Origin: an uncultured delta proteobacterium
Lineage (GTDB): Bacteria; Desulfobacterota; Binatia; UBA9968
Assembly (NCBI GenBank): GCA_963771465.1
Contig: CAVYTU010000014.1
Span: 224,001 to 288,000 of the forward strand
Direction of reading: 5' to 3'
Length of the DNA: 64,000 nucleotides
In this document: one piece after another, positions 49,434 to 64,000 of the stretch
How positions within the stretch are numbered: position 1 is the stretch's first letter
Layout: every line of letters begins with the position of its first letter
The notes under the pieces: generated by a model
Told to the model about the DNA's origin: nothing
Seen by the model: the letters and a program-made list of their open reading frames with translations, nothing else
The model's database searches: none
Made by a program: the position numbers and the translations under genes

Positions 49434-51191
49434 GTGTCCACGCGCGAAACTACGCTAACCGTTCAGCCGCCGCTGATTTCGGCGTGGAGCCGCTCGCGGA
49501 TCGGCGCGTTCTTGAGCCAGCCCATCAGTTGGGTATTTTTAGTCGTCGGCAGCATCATCGCTTTTCTCAGCCTCTATCCAACCTATTTTCTTTTTTATGG
49601 CAGCCTGACCGACGCGCCGCTCGGCGTGCCGGGAAAGTTTACCCTCGATAATTATGTCAAAGCGTACAGCGATCCCGAAGCCTACTCGCTGATGCTGAAT
49701 TCGTTCATCTTCGGCATCGGCGCCTCCGGTCTCTCGGTATTCTTTGCCCTGGCGCTCGCTTGGATTACCATCCGCACCGACGCGCCGTTTCGCCGGCTGT
49801 TCGAGCTAACCGCGATCATACCCAATATATTGCCACCGATATTGGTGTCGATCTCCTGGGTGATGCTGCTCAATCCGAGCAACGGATTGATCAATGGGCT
49901 GTTCGTGAAACTGTTCGGCATGGAAAAAGGACCGTTCAATATTTACTCGATGGCCGGTCTGATTTTCGTCGAAGCGCTGATCCTAACGCCGCTGGCGTTT
50001 TTGATCGTCGCCGCGGCGCTAAAAAGCATGGACCCATCCCTCGAAGAATCGGCCAAGACGCTCGGCTCGGGGGAATTTGGCGTCATGCGCCGCATCACGT
50101 TTCCCCTAATTCGGCCGGCGATCCTCGCTGCCGGGACTTTGAATTTCGTCCGCGCCGTGGAGAGCTTCGATACGCCGGCAATCATCGCCTTACCCGCGCG
50201 CATCGAAGTCTTCACTACCAAAATTTGGCGCGAAGCCTTGGGCTCCTTCCCAACCAATCACAATCTCGCCGCCGCCTACGGCGTCGGCATCCTCGCAGTC
50301 GCGTTGGTTTTCGTTTACCTCTATCGTCGTTTCACCTCTCAGGTGGAGATGTTTTCCACAGTCACGGGCAAGGGATTTCGGCCGCACCAAATCGAGCTCG
50401 GTCCATGGCGCTACGCCGCTTCGGGGGCGGCATTTTTTTTACTGATTCTGTTGGTCGTGTTACCCATCCTAGTGCTCTCCTTGGTGGCGATACTTCCCTA
50501 TTACCACGTGCCCACTTGGCAAACCTGGCAGAACTTAACCACCTCGCATTTCCAGTATGTCTGGGCCACGCCGCGGGTGCACAAAGCATTTATCAATAGT
50601 CTGATTCTCGCTCTCGTCGGCGCTACCGCTTGCATGACGCTGGCGTCACTAGCGTCGTACATTACGGTCAGAACCAAGCTCGCCGGTCGCGGCATCATCG
50701 AAGGGCTCGTGTTCATCCCATGGGCGTTTCCCGGCACCGCGATGGCGCTCGGACTCCTGTGGGCCTACGTTGATTTTCCGATTCCCGTGTACGCCACGAT
50801 CTGGATTATACTCATCGCCTACGTCACGCGATTTTTACCCTATGGTTTGCGCGCGGTCAGCAGCACGATCATTCAAGTGCACAAAGAGCTGGAAGAAGCC
50901 TCGATCGTCTGCGGCGCCGGCTTTGTGTCAACCTTTCGCCGCGTGTTGATTCCGATGATGCGTCCCGGTGTGATGGCGGGCTGGATTATTCTCGTGACCA
51001 TATTCATGCGCGAGTTCAGCGCGACATTGTTTCTGTACAGCCCCGGCGCCGAGCCGCTCGGCCCGCTGCTCTATTTTCTCTATCTCGACGGCATGCGCGG
51101 CCGGGTCGCCGCCATCGGCTTGGTCATATCGCTGATCTCGGTTATTTTAATCGCCATCGCGCAACGCTACTCGCGGTGGGATACCAAGTAA
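49434..51191 (+). CDS. ABC permease (FbpB-like, two EAA modules)
   Basis: MDPSLEESAKTLG and HKELEEASIVCGA. Confidence 0.9.
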   Translation: MSTRETTLTVQPPLISAWSRSRIGAFLSQPISWVFLVVGSIIAFLSLYPTYFLFYGSLTDAPLGVPGKFTLDNYVKAYSDPEAYSLMLNSFIFGIGASGLSVFFALALAWITIRTDAPFRRLFELTAIIPNILPPILVSISWVMLLNPSNGLINGLFVKLFGMEKGPFNIYSMAGLIFVEALILTPLAFLIVAAALKSMDPSLEESAKTLGSGEFGVMRRITFPLIRPAILAAGTLNFVRAVESFDTPAIIALPARIEVFTTKIWREALGSFPTNHNLAAAYGVGILAVALVFVYLYRRFTSQVEMFSTVTGKGFRPHQIELGPWRYAASGAAFFLLILLVVLPILVLSLVAILPYYHVPTWQTWQNLTTSHFQYVWATPRVHKAFINSLILALVGATACMTLASLASYITVRTKLAGRGIIEGLVFIPWAFPGTAMALGLLWAYVDFPIPVYATIWIILIAYVTRFLPYGLRAVSSTIIQVHKELEEASIVCGAGFVSTFRRVLIPMMRPGVMAGWIILVTIFMREFSATLFLYSPGAEPLGPLLYFLYLDGMRGRVAAIGLVISLISVILIAIAQRYSRWDTK

Positions 51192-51283
51192 ATTGAAAAT
51201 GGAGAATTGAAAATTGAGGATCGAATCGATGCTCAATCCTCGATCTTCTATCATCGACCTGAAGTAGAAAGGGAGGAATGTAA

Positions 51284-52276
51284 GTGGAAAAATTGTTTTT
51301 AACCGTCGCCTGCGGCGACTACGACCGAACCAAGCCTTTACAGGACGGCACGGTGGAGCCGGAAGGCATCAAACTAAACTACCTTGCGCTCCAATCAGAA
51401 GAAATATTTTGGCGCATGGGGCATTACCGAGAATTCGATGTGTCGGAAATGTCTCTTTCCAACCACATCACCATGCTCGGTCGAGGCGACTCCCACTTTG
51501 TCGGTATCCCGATATTCCCGTCGCGTTTCTTTCGCCATTCCTCCGTCTACTACAACGTCGATTCGGGAATCAAAAAACCCGAAGACTTCAAAGGAAAAAA
51601 AATCGGCACTCCGGAGTTTGCCATGACCGCGGCCGTGTGGATTCGCGGGTTTTTTAACGATGACTACGGCGTGAGAGCCCAGGATATGAAGTGGTTCCTC
51701 GGCGGACAGGAAGAGCCGGGGCGAAAAGAACGAGTCAAACTGGAACTGCCGCCGGAAATCAGCATTCAATCGATACCCGATGACCGGACACTCAACAGCA
51801 TGCTGGAGAGCGGCGAGATCGACGCGCTCATTTCGGCCCGCAGTCCCTCCTGTCTGGCCAACGGTTCGGGGAAAGTGCAACGCCTTTTTCCCAACTACAA
51901 GCAAGTGGAAATCGAGTATTACCAGCGCACCAAGATTTTTCCCATCATGCACATCCTAGTGATTCGCAAGGACGTCTATGAACGCCACCCCTGGATTGCC
52001 CGGAGTCTCTACAAGGCCTTTTGTGACGCCAAGAAGCGCGCCATCGATACCATGCATATTTCCAATGCCCACGCCTGCACTCTGCCGTGGCTGTCTTGGG
52101 AAAGAGAGCAACTCAGGGAAATCTTCGGTGCTGATTGGTGGCCCTATGGCATCGAGCCCAACCGCCATGTGCTCGAATCTTTAATCCGTTACATGGCAGA
52201 GCAAGGACTTTTGAAAAGGTCGCTCAAGGTTGAAGACGTATTTGCGCCGAGCTCCCTGGGAGAGTTTAAGCTCTAG
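51284..52276 (+). CDS. 4,5-dihydroxyphthalate decarboxylase-like / SBP-fold protein
   Basis: ACGDYDRT, FDVSEMSLS, FPSRFFRHS, FPIMH, WPYGIEPN. Confidence 0.82.
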   Translation: MEKLFLTVACGDYDRTKPLQDGTVEPEGIKLNYLALQSEEIFWRMGHYREFDVSEMSLSNHITMLGRGDSHFVGIPIFPSRFFRHSSVYYNVDSGIKKPEDFKGKKIGTPEFAMTAAVWIRGFFNDDYGVRAQDMKWFLGGQEEPGRKERVKLELPPEISIQSIPDDRTLNSMLESGEIDALISARSPSCLANGSGKVQRLFPNYKQVEIEYYQRTKIFPIMHILVIRKDVYERHPWIARSLYKAFCDAKKRAIDTMHISNAHACTLPWLSWEREQLREIFGADWWPYGIEPNRHVLESLIRYMAEQGLLKRSLKVEDVFAPSSLGEFKL

Positions 52277-52370
52277 CCGACGATTGAGGATGGAAGATCG
52301 AGATACCAAGATTTCATTCCCGATTCGATCGTCCACATTCTATCCTCGATCCTCCATCCTCGGTTCTCGC

Positions 52371-52793
52371 ATGCGCCTCACGCCTCATGCCGCTCGGCTA
52401 ATCCGTTCCGCTCGCGTCGCTCACCTGGCGAGCGCGGACAAGTCCGGCCAGCCGCACGTCATCCCGATCTGCTTCGTCTGCGACGGTAAGTATTTCTTCT
52501 CGCCCATCGACGAGAAACCGAAACGCGCCGCGCCGACCAAACTTAAACGACTGCAAAATATCCGCGAGAATCCGCAAGTCGCCCTCATCATCGATCGCTA
52601 CGACGAAGATTGGCGCAAGCTCGCCTATGTCCTTATATTCGGCAAAGCGCGGATTTTACAAAGCGGTGAAAAATACCGCCAAGCGGTAAAATTGCTGCGG
52701 CGAAAATATCCCCAGTATCGACGCATGGCCATCGATGCCCGTCCGATGATCGTCATCATGCCGAAGCGAGTAACAAACTGGGGCGCGCGGTGA
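52371..52793 (+). CDS. PPOX-class probable F420-dependent oxidoreductase (Rv0121-like)
   Basis: ARVAHLA, PHVIPICF, IDEKPK, RLQNIRENP, DRYDEDW. Confidence 0.82.
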   Translation: MRLTPHAARLIRSARVAHLASADKSGQPHVIPICFVCDGKYFFSPIDEKPKRAAPTKLKRLQNIRENPQVALIIDRYDEDWRKLAYVLIFGKARILQSGEKYRQAVKLLRRKYPQYRRMAIDARPMIVIMPKRVTNWGAR

Positions 52794-52809
52794 TCCCCGC
52801 CGAACAGGA

Positions 52810-54174
52810 CTAACGGATTCCGAGGGTTTTAATCATGCGCAGAAAATATTTCTCATGCAGTCCCAGCGCCTTCGCGGCTGCGGCGCGGTTGCCGTTAGTC
52901 TGCGCCAACGCCTGCGCGACCAACGCGCGTCGCGTCGACTCCATCGCCTCGCGGTAGGTACGGTTATCATTCTGATCCACCGGCGCGGCGGCGACGATGC
53001 GGCTCGGCAGATCGTTGACGGTCAGCGTCGAGCCGCCGCTCAAGACCACCGCACGCTCGATAACATTGGCGAGCTCACGGACATTTCCCGGCCAGTGAAA
53101 GGCGGAGAGCTTTGCCAACGCGTCCTCGGCCACCTCGGTAAACTGTTTTTTCGACTCGGCAGCGTAGCGGCGCAGGAAGTATTCAGCCAAGGGGGCGACA
53201 TCCGCTTTTCTCTCACGCAGCGGCGGCAGGATAACCGGGATCACATTGAGCCGATGATAGAGATCTTCGCGGAAGCGGTTTTCTTTGACGGCGGCTTCCA
53301 AGTCCCGATTGGTCGCGGCAACGATTCTCACATTGACGCGGATCGGATCGCGCCCGCCGACTCGGTCGAATTCGCGCTCCTGAAGAAAGCGCAAGAGCTT
53401 GGTCTGCAGCTCCGCCGACATATCGCCGATCTCATCGAGGAAAACGGTGCCGCCGTTGGCCAGCTCCATCTTGCCTTTCTTGAGTTGGTCGGCGCCGGTG
53501 AACGCGCCCTTCTCGTGGCCGAACAGTTCGCTTTCCAATAATTCCTTCGACAAGCCGACGCAATTGATCGCCACGAAGGGTTGGCTTCTTCGCTCACTCC
53601 AGTTGTGAATCGCGCGGGCCAATATTTCTTTGCCCGTGCCGCTTTCTCCCAAGAGCAGCACGGTGGCATTGCTCATGGCAGCCTTGCGCGCCGTATCGAC
53701 GGCGTCGGCCATCTGTTTACTCTGACCGATGATCAGCCGATGACGATTGTCGGTTTCTTCCGCGAGCAGTTCCCAGCGCCGTTTCAGTGTCTCTCTTTCC
53801 AGCGCTTTGCGCACGACGATGTCGAAGTGATTGGCGTCGAGAGGCTTGGTGATGAAGTCATAGGCTCCTTCTCTCATCGCCTCCACTGCGCTTTCGATGG
53901 ACCCATGGGCGGTGATCACGACGACGGGAAATACTGTGCCTGTGCTACGCAAGCGGCGCAGGACTTCGATGCCGCCCATTTTAGGCATCTGCAAATCCAG
54001 CAACATCAAAGCCGGCTCATGCTTTTTGATCTCCACCATCGCTTCCTGGCCATCACCGGCCATGGCGACCTCGCATCCCAAAGCGCGCAAACGTACGTGT
54101 AAGAGCCGGCGTGCCGGCGCATCGTCATCGACGATCAACACGCGCGCCCCAGCCGTCATCCCAATGGGTTCCAC
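52810..54174 (-). CDS. Sigma-54-dependent response regulator (NtrC family)
   Basis: REC domain; GESGTGKE, ESELFGHEKGAFTGA, WPGNVREL, C-terminal HTH. Confidence 0.95.
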   Translation of the reverse strand: MEPIGMTAGARVLIVDDDAPARRLLHVRLRALGCEVAMAGDGQEAMVEIKKHEPALMLLDLQMPKMGGIEVLRRLRSTGTVFPVVVITAHGSIESAVEAMREGAYDFITKPLDANHFDIVVRKALERETLKRRWELLAEETDNRHRLIIGQSKQMADAVDTARKAAMSNATVLLLGESGTGKEILARAIHNWSERRSQPFVAINCVGLSKELLESELFGHEKGAFTGADQLKKGKMELANGGTVFLDEIGDMSAELQTKLLRFLQEREFDRVGGRDPIRVNVRIVAATNRDLEAAVKENRFREDLYHRLNVIPVILPPLRERKADVAPLAEYFLRRYAAESKKQFTEVAEDALAKLSAFHWPGNVRELANVIERAVVLSGGSTLTVNDLPSRIVAAAPVDQNDNRTYREAMESTRRALVAQALAQTNGNRAAAAKALGLHEKYFLRMIKTLGIR

Positions 54175-54187
54175 GAAGGGTTTCCTC

Positions 54188-54556
54188 TCACTTTAAATGA
54201 CGGCTGATTTCCGCGAGAAATATCGTCTTGTCGATGGGCTTGGTGACATAGCCACTGCAACCCGCCGCCAGCGCTTTTTCCCGGTCTCCCGCCATCGCGT
54301 ACGAGGTTACGGCGATGACGGGAATATTCTCTGTCGCCGGTTCGGCCTTGAGCTTGGTCGTGGCCGCGAGTCCATCCATTCCCGGCAGCTGGATGTCCAT
54401 CACGATGAGATCCATCGGCTCAGTCTTAAGTATCTCGAAGGCCTCCTGCGCGCTGGTTGCCTCGCGCACCTGATAGCCTTGCGAATGAAGCAGAAACATC
54501 GCCAGACGCCGATTCACCGGATTATCTTCAACCAGTAATAATTTTTTTCCATCCAT
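54188..54556 (-). CDS. Single-domain response regulator (DivK-like)
   Basis: LLVEDN, MDIQLPGMDG, TSYAM.GD, KPI. Confidence 0.9.
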   Translation of the reverse strand: MDGKKLLLVEDNPVNRRLAMFLLHSQGYQVREATSAQEAFEILKTEPMDLIVMDIQLPGMDGLAATTKLKAEPATENIPVIAVTSYAMAGDREKALAAGCSGYVTKPIDKTIFLAEISRHLK

Positions 54557-54599
54557 AAAGATTTTATCGCGCCAAGACGCCAAGCACGCAAATCCAAAA

Positions 54600-64000
<9,401 letters not shown>

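Overview
Bacterial window with three zones. The many orphan substrate-binding proteins and the multi-GAF kinase suggest a Binatia/Deltaproteobacteria-like organism (inference), and scattered single-base frameshifts suggest long-read assembly errors. (1) 1-12 kb: an ECF-sigma-led alkylation-repair operon with no full Ada regulator, and a DedA-rhodanese gene whose CS-TGA-PNE motif plus a SECIS-like hairpin indicates an unannotated selenoprotein. (2) About 12-41 kb: an accessory region downstream of tRNA-Phe. It contains tandem copies of the tRNA attachment site with conserved arm sequences, a decayed tyrosine integrase, repeated integron-like GTT junctions, TIR/HNH genes, a surface-glycosylation operon and a partner-switching module. 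(3) 41-64 kb: core genes (gshB, rsmE, prmA, a dihydroorotase-like enzyme, an ABC transporter) and a two-component locus with a giant histidine kinase carrying at least 17 tandem GAF domains that runs off the window edge. Product calls come from motif recognition only; no database searches were run.
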